Part shown: positions 1-15,660 of the stretch, one piece after another
Layout of the letters: every line of letters begins with the position of its first letter
Position numbering within the stretch: the first letter of the stretch is position 1
From: Pristiophorus japonicus
Lineage: Eukaryota
NCBI RefSeq assembly: GCF_044704955.1
Contig: NC_091980.1
Coordinates: 129,208,001-129,272,000 of the forward strand
DNA: 64,000 bases
Direction of reading: 5' to 3'
Notes under the pieces: generated by a model
What the model was told of the DNA's origin: nothing
Seen by the model: only the letters and a program-made list of their open reading frames with translations
Databases searched by the model: none
Made by a program: the position numbers and the translations under genes

Positions 1-1
1 A

Positions 2-190
2 CCCCCAGCATGGTGGGATTTGGGAATACGGGCAGACATACCTGCATGGATCCGGGTGGGATCGCATGCCTTAGTAATCGGCCAACTCCTGATTGTAGCT
101 TATCTGCTAGTTACAAGCTGTAAGCTCAGGAGAAAAAGAAAAAGAACGCAGTTCCTCAGGCTACTACACAGCCAGGAGAGCCGTTGCTAA
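2..190 (+). CDS. env: C-terminal end of a retroviral envelope (env)-like ORF: Trp-rich membrane-proximal region, transmembrane helix, basic tail; ORF runs in from outside the window
   Basis: Frame 2 reads PPAWWDLGIRADIPAWIRVGSHALVIGQLLIVAYLLVTSCKLRRKRKRTQFLRLLHSQESRC* (TAA 188-190). It lies upstream of a polypurine tract and a long LTR. Confidence 0.6.
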   Translation, partial: PPAWWDLGIRADIPAWIRVGSHALVIGQLLIVAYLLVTSCKLRRKRKRTQFLRLLHSQESRC

Positions 191-569
191 ACACTCAAGG
201 TGTGTAAACAAAGCTTGACCGCGACACTTAGGCGGTTTTGTTATTTCCAGGGATGACTGCGTTTTCATACATGGCCCCCGGGGAGTTTGCAGGGCAGGTT
301 TCTTTGTTTTACGTTTGAGACCGAAATGAGACTCAATGTACAATTACTGCTGTAACCTTAAGTACGTATATGTATGTTGCTGTCGTGTATTGTAACCTGT
401 TGGATTTCTGTGTTTAGTACTGCGTTAAAAGGAATTACGATATATATCGACGGGATCAGTTTAGAGTTAAACTGGGGAAAGTTGGGCAATTTGGGAGACC
501 TAGGGTTTTCTCACCACCCTGAACTTTGACACACTCGAGTGGTGTCTGACTGTGTCAGATGGGGGATTA

Positions 570-1857
570 TGTAGGGGAGGACGAAAACCCCCTCATTTTA
601 CCCAGAAGGAAAAGGGCTGTGGGATCAGTCTGTGCTGTGAATTGAAACCGATGGAAGGAAAATTTTGGGACACAAATGGAGACCCCCCCCGCAGTGTTTG
701 GACTCATAGGAAAGGGAATTTAATTTGGAACTATCTACCAGAAAGTTTGAAATCCTAAAGTGCACATGGAAGAAACTACGATCTTTAATCGAATTTGGGA
801 TTTTTTCAAAGGTCTGCAAGAAAAGGGGTGGGGTCAGTATCAAAAGGGCCAAACTGGACATTGGAACTAATCAAATTGTCTGGGAACTGTATATCCTGGA
901 AACTTGCCCCTTGAAAACATTAACATTTAAACAATGCCACATTCATATTCCAACACCTTTTTCATCAGGCATAGAAATATCTGGCTCAGGCCAGACTAGC
1001 ACAATGGCTACAGGAGGCCAATGCAATCAACACCCACTCAAACCTTGAGTAGGTTAACATCAATCTAAAACTGCTGCAATTTTCAAAATCAAAAGGTCCA
1101 CCAATGAGAAGAATCGACTTCAGCAGGAGAGGCGGACTGGATAATCTGTCTATAAAAAAAGGGTTTCTGATGTCGGAAAAGAAGTGATGATTTTCCCTGC
1201 CCTCGTGATTCAACAACCACAACCACAAGCCTCTCGACACTGAAGGAAAACCAGTGTCCGAAGACACCGAAGATAGAAGAAACAAACCACCAGACTGCGG
1301 AAGGCACAGTAGTGAGTATAACCTCCGGTCCCCAGAACTCCCAACTCAGTTAGGCCAGGAAAGGTGGGAGGTTGGGCATTGTACTGCTAAACTGGTGTAA
1401 AGATTTTCGTTGGGTCCGTTTTAGTGGGATTTAGGGGGATTGTTTTGTTGGTGAATTGCTGTTTGTTGAGTTACACCTTGTCAAATAAATTGGAAGCCTA
1501 AAGTTCCTCTTGGAATCACCTTGTCTCAGTTCTATTGTATTACATCTCCTGATCGTGAGTCTTATGTCAGAACCGTGTAAGGGAAGCTAGGAGCGCCTCG
1601 AAAACGCTCAACTGTGTGTCACAGGCTAGGGAAGAAGGGGTTAGGAGTGTTTGACACTCACAGGTGCCTCACAGGCTAGGCATAAGCTGTGGGGACGCAC
1701 GAGTCTCAAAACCCCCTTCATAAGCTGTGGACACAGTCTCTCCAGGGGTGCTCTTGCAGCACTCAGGGTACCTCACAGGCCAGGCATAAGCTGTGAGGGC
1801 AGAAGCCCAGAGAGAGACAACCAAGGCACAACAACAACCCTGTGAAAACCCTTTACA
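570..1857 (+). mobile_element. 3' LTR (~1.29 kb) of an endogenous retrovirus-like element
   Basis: Purine tract AGATGGGGGA (~557-566) precedes TGTAGGG at 570; ends CCCTTTACA at 1857. TATA-like CTATAAAA ~1150, AATAAA ~1485, short internal repeats (CCTCACAGGC..GCATAAGCTGTG) at ~1615-1800. Confidence 0.65.
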
Positions 1858-4355
1858 CGATAGAGGCCCCAACCTTGAGTAAAGCCATAGCGAGAGCCCA
1901 GGTGTTCATTGCCACCAGTGACAATACGAAGCAAATCTCTCAGCACACAAGTGTTGCTACAAGTACTGTGAAAAAAGTGATGTTGTTTTCAAATCGCAAC
2001 ATACAGGGCAGGTCACACATGCTTGCAGCTGCATGTCCGCAGATGTCTCAGAGTCCACCATCAAGGGTGATGAATGCAAGGCCATTAACACCTTGTTGGC
2101 GCTGTGGGGGTGATCATTGTTTTCATTCATGCCAATTCAAAGGGTACAGTTGCAAGGGCTGTAGAACAATGTGGCACCTCCAACGTCTGTGCAGGTGAGC
2201 TGTAAATCCTGTTACTCCTGCAAACCACCATGGTGCAGATGAGGACAGATCGACGGAAGATCACGATGAACCAGAGCCTCAGACCAAGGTGGCAGAGGTA
2301 CATGGGGTGCACACATTCACCACAAAGTGTCCCCTGATAATGCTGAATGTTGAACTAAATGAACTCCCGGTGTCAATGGGGATGGACACAGGCGCGAGCC
2401 AGTCCATCATGGGCAAAAAGACTTTGGAAAAATTGTGGTGCAGCAAGGTCTCAAGGCTAGTCTTAACTCCAATTCATACAAAATTAAGAACTTACACAAA
2501 GGAATTGATTCCCGTAATCGGCAGTGCTACCGTAAAGGTCTCCTATGATGGAGCATGGCACAAGCTACCACTCTGGGTGGTACCGGGCAATGGTCCCACG
2601 CTACTCGGCAGGAACTAGCTGGGAAAGATATGCTGGAAGTGGAACGACGTCCGAGCCCGCTGACGACACTTCGTGTGCCCAGGTCTTAAACAAGTTCCCT
2701 TCGCTGTTCGAACCAGGCACGGGAAATTCAAAGGAGCAAAAGTGCAGATCCATCCATCAGAAGGCGAGAGCAGTATCGTACATTTTGAGAGAATGGATAG
2801 AGATCAAGCTTGACCGGCTGCAAACAGTAGGCATCATTTCACTGATCGAGTTCAATGAGTGGGCCTGTCCTATTGTCCCAGTCCTCAAGGGAGATTGCGC
2901 CGTCAGAATCTGTGGTGATTACAAAGTAAATGTCAATCGTTTCTCCCTGCATGACCAATACCCGCTACCACAGGCCAGTGACCTCTTTGCAACGCTGGCG
3001 GGAGGAAAGACGTTCACGAAGCTGGATTTGACTTCAGCCTACGTGATGCAGGAACTGGAGGAATCATTGAAGGGCCTCATCTACATCCACACGCACAAAG
3101 GTCTTTTCATTGATAACAGATGCCCGCTTGGAATTTGATCAGCGGCGGCGATATTCCAGAGAAACATGGAAAGCTTACTGAAGTCGATCCCGCGCACTTC
3201 CAGGACGACATCTTGGTTACAGGTCAGGATACAGTTGAGCATCTGCAGAACCTGGAGGAGGTTCTTAGTCGACTCAACTGCGTGGGGCTCAAGTTAAAAT
3301 GTTCGAAGTGCGTTTTCCTGGCACCTGAAGTGGAGTTCCTGGGGAGGAAGGTCACGGCGGACGGCATGAGGCCCACCAATTCGAAGGTGGAGACAATCGA
3401 GAACGCATCGAGGCCACAGAACGTGACAGAGCTGCAGTCATTTCTAGGACTCCTGAACTATTTTGGTAACTTCTTACCGGGCCTCAGCACATTGTTATTA
3501 TCCCTCGTGAAAAACCGTGTGCTTCACTGGAGCTGGTCCCATTCGCTCACTGGGATCCCACCTGCTGAACTGCTCATGAAAAGAGCACTTAAGACAAGGC
3601 TCTCGTTCGTTCACTCTGATCTACATGAACAGGTAGAGAGCAGGCGGCTTTAACAAAGTACATACCATGATAGCACAAATGTGTCATGCGAGATTGAAAT
3701 CAATGATCCTGTATTTGTATTGAATCATGGACAAGGTCCCAAGTGGCTTCCCGGCACTGTCATGGCCAAAGAGGGGAGCAGGGTGTTGCTGGTCAAACTT
3801 TCAAATTGACTCATTCACCGGAAACACTTGGACCAAATCAAACTCAGATTCACGGACGAACGTTAGCAACCCACTTTGGACCCTACATTTTTTGACCCCC
3901 CAACATACACACCAGTGGGAACCGGCACCGCGGTTGGCCACGAAGCAGAACCCATCATCCACAGCAGCCCAGCAGGACCCACCACACCGGGCAGCCCAGC
4001 AAGGCCAGCGGCAGAGCAGCCCAGCGAGGGCCCAATAGATGATTCGCTAATACCGGCATTCACACCGAGACGATCAACCAGGGCAAGAAAGGTCCCAGAT
4101 CGACTCACCTTCTAGTTACACTGTTAACTTTATGGGGGAGTGTTGTTATATATGTAAACTTGTCTATACTCTGTACAGCCACCAGAGGGCTCATCCCCTG
4201 GAGTCCCAAGGGATCCCACAATCCCTTGGGAGCACAGGTATTTAAGGAGGCCTCACAGATTGGAGAAGCACTCTGGAGACCTGCAATAAAAGACAAAGGT
4301 CACATTTTACTTTGAGCTCACAGTGTTCAGTCTGACTCTTTCTCCATACATAACA
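1858..4355 (+). mobile_element. Degenerate Gypsy (Mag-like) LTR retrotransposon, 5'-truncated, most of RNase H/integrase deleted; 3' LTR 4144-4355
   Basis: Gag double zinc knuckle (CWRCGGDH..C..CKGC...HLQRLC), protease MDTGASQS, RT motifs WACPIVPV/RICGDYK/KLDLTSAY/FQDDILV, integrase tail. PPT TATGGGGGAGTG, then a 212-bp TG...CA LTR. Many stops and frameshifts. Confidence 0.9.
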
Positions 4356-4662
4356 GAAGTATGTGGTCTTTGTGATGGAAAGGGTATTGGATCGGATAGA
4401 TTAACTGTGAGGAAGGCTGTAAGCAACTTTAGGACACAGATAAGACAGTTGGCTGTAGAATGAAATTTTAGGTGCAAAAACATGACATGGATAAATACAG
4501 TTGTAGTGTCAACATTTGAATCCATTCCTATGGTGAAGGAGACACATGGGGATCCAACAGGATTTGGAGAGGATGATTGTTATTTGGTATGAAATGCACA
4601 AGTGGATATGTTTATGGAGGGTACTTGATTTAAATGTTTTATTTTGTCTCCTCTAAAAGAGT

Positions 4663-5321
4663 TGTGGCGCGAACCGTGGGATTTTGAGTTCTTGTTATGT
4701 TACCATGACATTTTACAAGCAATGAAATGGACTGCAGTCCAAAAAGGAAGAAAGACTTGCATCCGAATATCTGCTTGCATTAGGACTTCATTGTGGCAGC
4801 CTTGGAATGCTTATTCTCTTAGAAAGAAGAAAGAATTACATTTATATAGCCCTTTCACGGCCTCAGGATGTCTCAAATCTCTTTACAGCTAATCAAGTTC
4901 AGCAGTGTGTTAATGACCAGAGAATCTGTTTTGGTTAGGGATAGATATTGTCAAGGAAACCAGAGAGATCTCCCTCTGCGCTTCTTCGAAATAGCATCCT
5001 GAGATCTTTGACGTCCACCTAAGAGAGCAGACAGTCTAGCGTCTCATCTGAAAGATGGCACCTCCGATAGTGCAGCGCTCCCTCAGTACTGCCCCCTCCG
5101 ACAGTGCATCAATCCGTTAGTACTGCCCCTCTGACAGTGCAGCGCTCCCTCAGTATTGCCCCCTCTGACAGTGCAGCAATCCCTCAGTACTACCCCTCTG
5201 ACAGTGCAGCAATCCCTCAGTACTGCCCCTCCAACAGTGCGTCGCTCCCTCAATACTGCCTGTCTGACAGTGCAGCACTCTCTCAGTACTGTATGAGTGT
5301 GTGTGTGTGTGTGTGTGTGTG
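4663..5321 (+). repeat. Direct-repeat block copy 1 (unique sequence + HE1-like SINE + 33-bp minisatellite + (TG)n); copy 2 at ~11769-12315
   Basis: GTGGCGCG(A/G)ACCGTGGGATTTT...GACATTTTACAAGCAATGAAATGGACTGC... is collinear in both places through to the (TG)n tract. Confidence 0.85.
5067..5291 (+). repeat. 33-bp minisatellite (consensus CTCCCTCAGTACTGCCCCTCTGACAGTGCAGCA), ~7 units
   Basis: ACAGTGC recurs every 33-34 nt (5101, 5134, 5168, 5201, 5234, 5267). Confidence 0.9.
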
Positions 5322-5880
5322 TGGAGGCAGGTTCATTGAATACATTTAAGTTGGAGATGGATAGCTATTTAAAAGATAGTGGAGTGAAGGGTTATGGGGA
5401 ACAGGCAGGAAAGTGGAGTTGAGGCCAAGTTCAGACCAGCCATGATCTTATTGAATGGGGGAGCAAGCTCGAGGTGACAAATGGCATATGCATGTTATTA
5501 TGTAAACCTCTCTGCCTCCTTTAAGACACTAAAATCAACCTGTGGTCCCACTGTCTTATGTGGCTGAAGAAACATAAACATTTTCAGCTGTTGTATTACA
5601 GTATTGCAACGCTAGATTGAAATGCATGAATAGAATTTGCAAGATATACTGTTGTGTATTAATGTTTGGGGGTCACCAGACACCAGAGCCACGGTCGGAC
5701 GTCATCGGGCTGTATGTATGTGTGCTTGGTCACCTGTGTATATAAGCTGGGTGTCTTTGTCACCCTGGCTCTCTTGGGCTGGAATAAAGATAGATCAGGT
5801 TGCACCTTAGTGAGTTTACAGTAACCAGACTTTTGAGTCATTATGTATACGAAGAATTGAAATTAGATCTTCAACATGTC

Positions 5881-7735
5881 TGAATAGCTATCGTAGATTG
5901 GGTATTGTGCAATGAGAAGGGGTTACTTAATAGTCTTGTTGTGCGGGGTCCTTTAGGGAAGAGTGACCATAACATGATTGAATTCTTCATGAAGATGGAA
6001 AGTGAAGTAGTCCAAGCCAAAACTAGGGTCCTAAATCTAAACAAAGGAAACTACGAAGGTATGAGGAATGCTATGATAGTTTCGGAAGAGTGATTAAAAG
6101 GCATGAGGTGGACAGTCAATGGCTAACATTTAAGGAACAAATGCAGGAATTGCTTTCTGACACAAAAACACAAAAGGAAAAGTGGCCCAACCATAGTTTA
6201 CAAAATAAATTAAGGATAGTATTAGATCCAAAGAGCTGTCTGTTATGTATTTAACCCTTTGTAATCTGCATTACAGCTGACCACAGAGGGCCCACCTGTT
6301 GGAGTCCCAAGGGATCCCAGCATCCCTTGGGAGCACAGTATATAAGCAGGCCACCCACGAGGTACCTGCACTCTGGAATCTTATTAAAAGGAGCTCAGGT
6401 CACACTAGCGCTTTACACACAGTACTCAGTCTCACCATTTATTATGAGTGTAACAGACTCATACAATGTTGCCATAAAAAGTAGCAAGCCTGAGGATTGG
6501 GAGCAGTTTAGAATTCAGCAAAAAAGGACCAAGAGATTAATTAAGAGGGGGAAAATTGAATATGAGACGAAACTTGCAAGGAACATAAAAACCGATGTAA
6601 AAGTTTCTCCAAGTATGTAAAAAGAAAAAGATTAGTGAAGACAAATATAGGTCCTTTAGTCAGAAACGGGATCATTTATAATGGGGAACAAGGAGATGGC
6701 AGAACAATTAAATACTTTGGTTCTGTCTTCTCAGAAGAGAACACAAATAACGCAGAAATGCTAGGGAACTAAGGGTCTAGTGAGCAAGAGGAATTAAAGG
6801 AAATGCTTAGTCAACATGAATTTATGAAAGGAAAACCATGTTTGACAAACCTACTGGAGTTTTTTTTGAGGCTGTAACTGAGATTAGATAAGGGAGAACC
6901 AGTGGATGTAATGTATTTTGATTTTCAGAAGGCCTTGGTTAAAGTCCCACAAGAGTTTAGTATGCAAAATTAAAGCACATCGAATTGGGGGTAATATACT
7001 GGCATGGATTGAAAATTCGTTAATTGATAGGAATAAACAGGTTTTTCCTGGGTGGTGGGCAAGGATTAGTGCTTGGACCCCAGCTAATCACATCTATAAA
7101 TAGAGGAGGAAACCAAATGTAATATTTCCAATTTTTCCCCCAGTACAGGAGTAAGGATGTCCTGCTACAGTTTTACACGGCCTTGGTAAGACCACACCTG
7201 GAGTATTGTGCACAGTTTTGGGTCTCTTTAAGCAAGAGAGAGCACAGCAAAGGCTCACCAGACTGATTCCTGGGATGGAAGGATTGTCTTATGAAGAGAG
7301 ATTGGGGTCGATTAGGCCTGTATTCACTAGAAGAGCGATAGGGGATCTTATTGAAACATAAAATTCTGACTGGGTTAGATAGACTGGATGCGGGGAGGAT
7401 GGTTCCCCTGGCTGGCAAGTCTAGAATTTAAAAAAAAGGGGCATAAGCTCAGGATAGGGGGGTAGGAAATTTAGCACTGAAATGAGACGTTTTCACTCAC
7501 TCAGAGGGTAGTGAAGCTAGGGAATTCTTGACCACAGAAGGCAGTGGAGCCCAAGTCACTGAATATATTTAGGAAGGAAATAGATATCTTGATAGAAAAG
7601 ACATGAAGGACGATGGGGTAAAAGCAGAAATATGGTGTTGTGTTAAAGGATCAATTATGATCATATTGAATGGCAATGAAGGGCTTAAAGGGCCAAATGG
7701 CCTACTACTGCTCCTATTTATGTTTTTATGAATAT
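5881..7735 (+). mobile_element. Degenerate, internally deleted CR1-type LINE (ORF2 pieces and 3' UTR)
   Basis: ORF fragments PLGKSDHNMIEF, LTNLLEFF and YTALVRPHLEYCAQFW; similar to the CR1 at 61890-64000. Confidence 0.85.
6241..6455 (+). mobile_element. Solo Gypsy LTR nested in the CR1
   Basis: TGTTATGTATTTAACCC...TATGAGTGTAACA; closely matches the LTR at 12959-13173. CR1 sequence resumes on both sides. Confidence 0.85.
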
Positions 7736-8319
7736 ACATGTCAATATCTTGAAATTACCACAGCAAAAAAAAAAATTATAGGACTGTTCCCACCTGCAGA
7801 AGGGTAGACAACCAGCAGACAGATTTAAGGCAATTGGCAGAAGAACCACAGCTGACTTGAGGAAAGCTTTTATGCAGGGAGTGGTTAATATCTGTACTGC
7901 ACTGCCTGAGAGGCTGGTAGTGGTAGATTGAATCATGGAATTCGACAAGCACCTGAAGGGAAAAAAATTGCAGGGCTACAGGGAAAGTGCAGTGGAGTGG
8001 AACTAGCTGAAGTGTTCTTGCTGAGAGCCAGCACAGGCTCGACCAGCTGAATGTCCTCCTGTGCTGTTAGCATTCTATGACTGAATCCCAGGGCAAGACT
8101 ATTGCATAGCCAAGTGAAATATTGGGCCTATAACAAGTTATGATAAATAGAAAATAAGCAACCAATCAAACTTGCAAGGAGACAAAACCAATCCAATATT
8201 GGACAGTTTATTTACAGTCCAATACTGTAAATTACATTTCACATCAAGAGCCCAGGTCTCTTAGCCTGTACTAAGTCAAAAGTAGGTCAGAGTCTCAATT
8301 ATATAAACACAAGCTTCTG

Positions 8320-10874
<2,555 letters not shown>

Positions 10875-11110
10875 TTTAGTGGTGTTTATTTTTCTGAAGT
10901 ATAAACTTTGTAGAAGTACCAAGATAACATTTAACCAACCTCAAACTCCTGTATTAATACTGAGCGATAATCCAGGGTGTGGCAGTCCTCAATATCCAAT
11001 CAGAAGTTGCAGCCTCTCAGAGCACCAATCAATTAAAGGGAGGAGGTGGATGCACTCCCAGAGCCAGTCAGATCTTTGAAAAGTGAGAATCATTGGCTGA
11101 CAACTCAATG
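10875..11110 (-). promoter_or_regulatory. Promoter and 5' UTR of ferritin A (TATA-like TATTAATA, three CCAAT boxes, no IRE)
   Basis: Mirror of 24750-24983. TATTAATA at ~10952-10959; CCAAT motifs at ~10996, ~11025 and ~11092. Confidence 0.6.
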
Positions 11111-11768
11111 AGGATCTCAATTGTCCAAAATTTCCTCAAACACAGTTCAAATATTCAGAATCACAGGTTTAAATTAATCCTCTACTCTTTGGGCTAATTA
11201 ATTGGGATGATTAAATCAGCTATCAGAAACACTTAAACCATAAGTGCCAACTTTATAAGGGGGAATAAACTGTAAGGTCCACATTATGACAAAACTAACA
11301 TTAAAAACTTTTCAAATTATAATTTAGTTCCCTGTATCCACGTTGCACTGTAGTCCCTCTGGTGCCCACCGGTCACGGAAAGCCTCAAGCAGACCGGCAG
11401 ACACCGCGTGCTCCCTCTGCAGGGATACCCGGGCACTGACATAGCCGCGGAAGAGAGTCAGGCAGACAGAGAGAACACCCCATCGTCCGTGCTCTGCCTG
11501 GAGCAGTTAATGGCCACCTTGAAAGATTCATTGAATCCTCTGTTATTTGCAAGTCAGTGTATTTTTTATAGTTCTGAATTGTTCAGTGGGTTGGTCATTT
11601 GCAGGTATCTGTGGATGCAACATCCAAAGACAGAGCAGTGAGTCTGCAAAGCAACCGACAGCGGGTCAGGTGACTGGACAGTGCGTGTGAGGAATGTGAC
11701 AAGCGCAAGTGCTCAGATACTCCATCACTTCCAGGTTTAGTGAGCACCTGTACACACAGGAGCTAGAA

Positions 11769-12315
11769 TGTGGCGCGGACCGTGGGATTTTCAATTCTTG
11801 TTATGTTACGATGACATTTTACAAGCAATGAAATGGACTGCTGTCCAAAAAGAAAGAAAGACTTGCATCCGAATATCTCCTTGCATCTGGACTTCATTGT
11901 GGCAGCCTTGGGAATGCTTATCCTCTTAGAAAGAAGAAAGAATTCCATTTACATAGCCCTTTCACGGCCTCAGGATGTCTCAAAGCTCTTTACAGTCAAT
12001 CAAGTTCAGCAGAGAATGACCAGAGAATCTGTTTTAGTTCGGGATACATATTGTCAAGGAAACCAGAGAGATCTTCCCTGCGCTTCTTCAAAATAGCATC
12101 CTGAGATCTTTGACGTCCACCTAAGAGAGCAGACGGTTTAGCGTCTCATCTGAAAGATGGCACCTCCGATAGTGCAGCACTCCCTCAGTACTGCCCCCTC
12201 CGACAGTGCACCAATCCCTCAGTACTGTCCCTCCAACAGTGCGGCGCTCCCGCAATACTGCCTGTCTGACAGTGCAGCACTCCCTCACTACTGTGTGTGT
12301 GTGTGTGTGTGTGTG
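11769..12315 (+). repeat. Direct-repeat block copy 2 (paralog of 4663-5321; ~4 minisatellite units)
   Basis: Collinear with 4663-5321. Confidence 0.85.
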
Positions 12316-13173
12316 CGACCATCAAGCAAAGCTTGCAATGTGTGTTGAAAGGCTCCCTGCAGATTGTCCCAGCTACTGCACCAGACCCCACTCACTCACC
12401 AGGATTCCCCCAGCTGAGCTGCTCATGAAAAGAGCGCTTAAAACAAGTCTCTTGTCCACCCTAACCTCTATGATCACGTGGAGGGCAAGCGACATCAACA
12501 GAGTGTGTACCATGGCCATGCAAATTTGTCACACGATATTGAGATCAATGATCCTGTGTTTGTGCTCAATTATGGACATGATCCCAAATGGCTCGCTGGC
12601 ACGGTTACAGCCAAAGAGGGGAATAGGGTTTTTCAGGTCAAACTGACCAATGGACAAACGCATAGAAAACATGGACCAAATCAAATTGCGGTTCTCCAAC
12701 AGCTACGAACAACCTGAAGAGGACCCCACCAAATTTGACCTTCCAACACACACAAGTGGCAACTGACATCATAGTTGACCACGAAACCGAACTCATCATC
12801 CCCAGCAGCCCGGCAAGGCCGGCTGCCCAACAGGCCAGTGAAGAACGGACCAACCCACCCTCACCAGCATTTGTACGGAGACGATCGATAGGGGAGCGCA
12901 AAGCCTCAGATCGTCTCACCTTGTAAATAAGTGTACTGTTGACTTCACAGGGGAGTGATGTTATGTATTTAACCCCTTGTAACCTGCATCACTCCTGACC
13001 ACCAGAGGGCCCACCTGTTAGAGTCCCAAGGGATCCCAGCATCCCTTGGGAGCACAGTATATAAGCAGGTTGCCCACAAGGTACCTGCACTCTGGAATTG
13101 TAATAAAGGAGCTAAGGTCACACTTGCTCATTGCACACAGTACTCAGTCTAACCATTTATTATGAGTGTAACA
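12316..13173 (+). mobile_element. Gypsy 3' fragment: integrase C-terminus, PPT and 3' LTR (12959-13173)
   Basis: LSY.TRPHSLT.IPPAELLMKRALKT and VFVLNYGHDPKWLAGTVTAKEG; purine tract AGGGGAGTGA before TGTTATG...TAACA. Confidence 0.85.
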
Positions 13174-14358
13174 ATCAGCTTCTCCATAAATGTATCTATT
13201 TGTATTCAGTCCCATTGTGCATTTCATACCAAATCACAATCATCCTCTCCAAATCCTACTGGATCTCCATGTGTCTCCTTCACCCCAAGAATGAATTCAA
13301 ATGTTGACACTGCAACTGTATTTATCCAATGTTTATAAGTTAATTAGTTGAGAACTGCAGTGAGTGAAATGAAATTGCTGTCTTCAGTCATTCCTCGTTA
13401 ATGTCTTTGCATCTCTCAAAGTTTCCCGTCACCTTATTCGATCTGTGCTATTGTATGAAAATTCAGCAATGGCAAAGGAAGCTTCTCACCACCTTGGGCT
13501 TGCTGTGCCTATCGCCATCCCGATTCATCACAGGGAGTGACATTGAATTCAAAGAGATCTTGTGGAAAGGATAAAAGGATCCCCAAACCCAATAACCCCA
13601 AGGCCTGAATCGAAGTCTCTGGTGCCTACCATGGTGGCCAGTGAGTGTGACCATGTGATGTCCATCAGTTTGCTCGAAGCCCTTTGTGACTGCAGGACAG
13701 TCACTGCATCTTGGATCCTTCGGCCTATACAAGTATAAATACACAGACACGTGTTCGGTTCAGGTGGGTCAACTGTGCTCATTGATGGCATCTCCCCCGA
13801 AAGGGCAATGCCTGTGGCGTGATTGGCTCCGGATCAGAATCACTGCCATCCCCTCTGACCCATCTAAAGCAGAGTTTTAATCGAAGCCAACACCTCTCAT
13901 CAGCTAATCCAGGACTGAACCACTTCTGCACTGAAACCAGACGTCACAGCTTTGGATCTCAGAGAAACACCAACATGAAAGGAAAAGGACCAGAGGGGAG
14001 AGATGAGAATTTTTTTTACGCTACGAGTTCTTTTGATCTGGAACATGCTGACTGAAAGTATGGTAGAAGCAGATTTAATAGCAACTTTAAAAAGGTGAAT
14101 TGGATATATAGGTGAAAAGAAAAATATTGCAGGGCTATGGGGAAGGAGCTGAGGAATGGGACTAATTGGATCGCTCATTCAAAGAGCCTGCACAGGCACA
14201 ATGGGCTGAATGGCCTCCTTCTGTGCTGTATGAATCTATGATGAGGCACACTTACAGAACAAATGAAGAGGGTGTAAAAAAGATTTACAAGGATGATACC
14301 AGAAATGTGAGGGTATAGCTATACCTATCAGGAAAGAATGAACAGGCTGGGTCTCTTT

Positions 14359-14620
14359 GCCTAGCCTCCCCTATTTGCTTCATCAATATCACTCCAATGG
14401 TTGTGACGGCCTCATGGCAATTTTATATTCAAACACATTGGTTCATGGTAATGTTGACATTTGATTGTAGGTTTGTTTAATCCATTATATGTGAACTGTT
14501 GCTTTCCAGAAACCGGAGCAGGATGAGTGGAGCAATGGTCTGGAGGTGATGCAGAGAGCTCTGCAGATGGAGAAGAATGTGAACCAGAGTCTGCTGGATC
14601 TGCACAAACTCTCCACTGGG
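14359..14620 (+). pseudogene. Orphan ferritin intron-2/exon-3 fragment (exon part 14510-14620) inserted inside a CR1 fragment
   Basis: TTTCCAG|AAACCGGAGCAGGATGAGTGG...CTCTCCACTGGG encodes [37 protein letters not shown]. The flanks rejoin as continuous CR1 sequence. Confidence 0.9.
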
Positions 14621-15037
14621 TCACTTGAAAAGAGAAGGCTGAGGGGTGAGCAAATAGAGTTCCATATAATTATGAAATGTTTGATAGAGTAGATACAAAG
14701 AGAATGTTTTCACATGTGGGGCAGAGCAAAACTAAAGGCCATCAATATAAGGCAACTGATTCCAATTTGGCCAAGCTGGTCAGTGCCAGTTTTAATGCTC
14801 CACAAGAGCCTCCTCTCTCCTTGCTTCATCTAATCCGATCAACATATCACTCTATTCCTTTCTCTCCCATGCACTTGCCTAGCCTCCCCTTAAATATGCT
14901 ATTTGCTTCATTAATATGACTCCAATGGTTGTGATGGCCTCATGGCAATTTTATATTCTAACACATTGCTTCATGATAATGTTGACATTTGATTGCAGGT
15001 TTGTTTCATCCATTATACGTGCAATGTTGCTTTCCAG

Positions 15038-15660
15038 AAACCAGAGCAGGCTGAGTGGAGCAATGGTCTGGAGGTGATGCAGAGAGCTCTGCAGATGGAG
15101 AAGAATGTCAACCAGAGTCTGCTGGATCTGCACAGACTCTCCACTGGGAGCATCGACCATCATGTAAGTTTCTCATGTGGGCTTTTGGGTAAGTTGGAGG
15201 TTGTGGAACCTTGCTGTGTTTGCGCCTAATTAAAGGATTACCACGCCCAATAGCTTTGTTGGTGGATTTTTATTGAGCTTTGGGAAGGGACGGAGGAAGG
15301 TGGCCTCCTGTGGACATTGTCTAGTAAATATGTCTCAGTGATCCCAGGATCTGATCACTTATTGTGCAGTAAGTTTAATCTCATTCCATCAATTTCACTG
15401 CTTGACTATACTCCACTTCAAGAGGATTAAAATTTAAATTCTCAAGTGGAAGCTGACATTCCTTGATATCTGCTGCTGGACATAACTAGTTTCCTTCTTT
15501 CAGTTGTGTGACTTCCTGGAGACCCACTACTTGGATGGACAAGTGAAGATGATCAAGAAGCTTGGTGATCACATCACCAACCTGAAGAGACTGGGAGCCC
15601 CCCAAGTATGGCCTGGAAGAGTACCTGTTTGACAAGCACACGCTGGGGGAGAGTCACTAA
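15038..15660 (+). pseudogene. Ferritin pseudogene B (exons 3 and 4 only)
   Basis: Exon 3 at 15038-15163; exon 4 at 15504-15660 is 157 nt (+1 C in the run at ~15598-15603) and has E137G. No exon 1 or 2 found upstream. AATAAA ~15776. Confidence 0.9.

Noticed and set aside
3198-3215. FQDD instead of YxDD in the Gypsy RT as a novel catalytic motif
   Set aside because: The element is heavily decayed with a deletion just upstream; one dead copy cannot support the claim.
5067-5291. 33-bp periodic repeats as a CRISPR array
   Set aside because: Units are head-to-tail with no unique spacers, there are no cas genes, and the context is eukaryotic.
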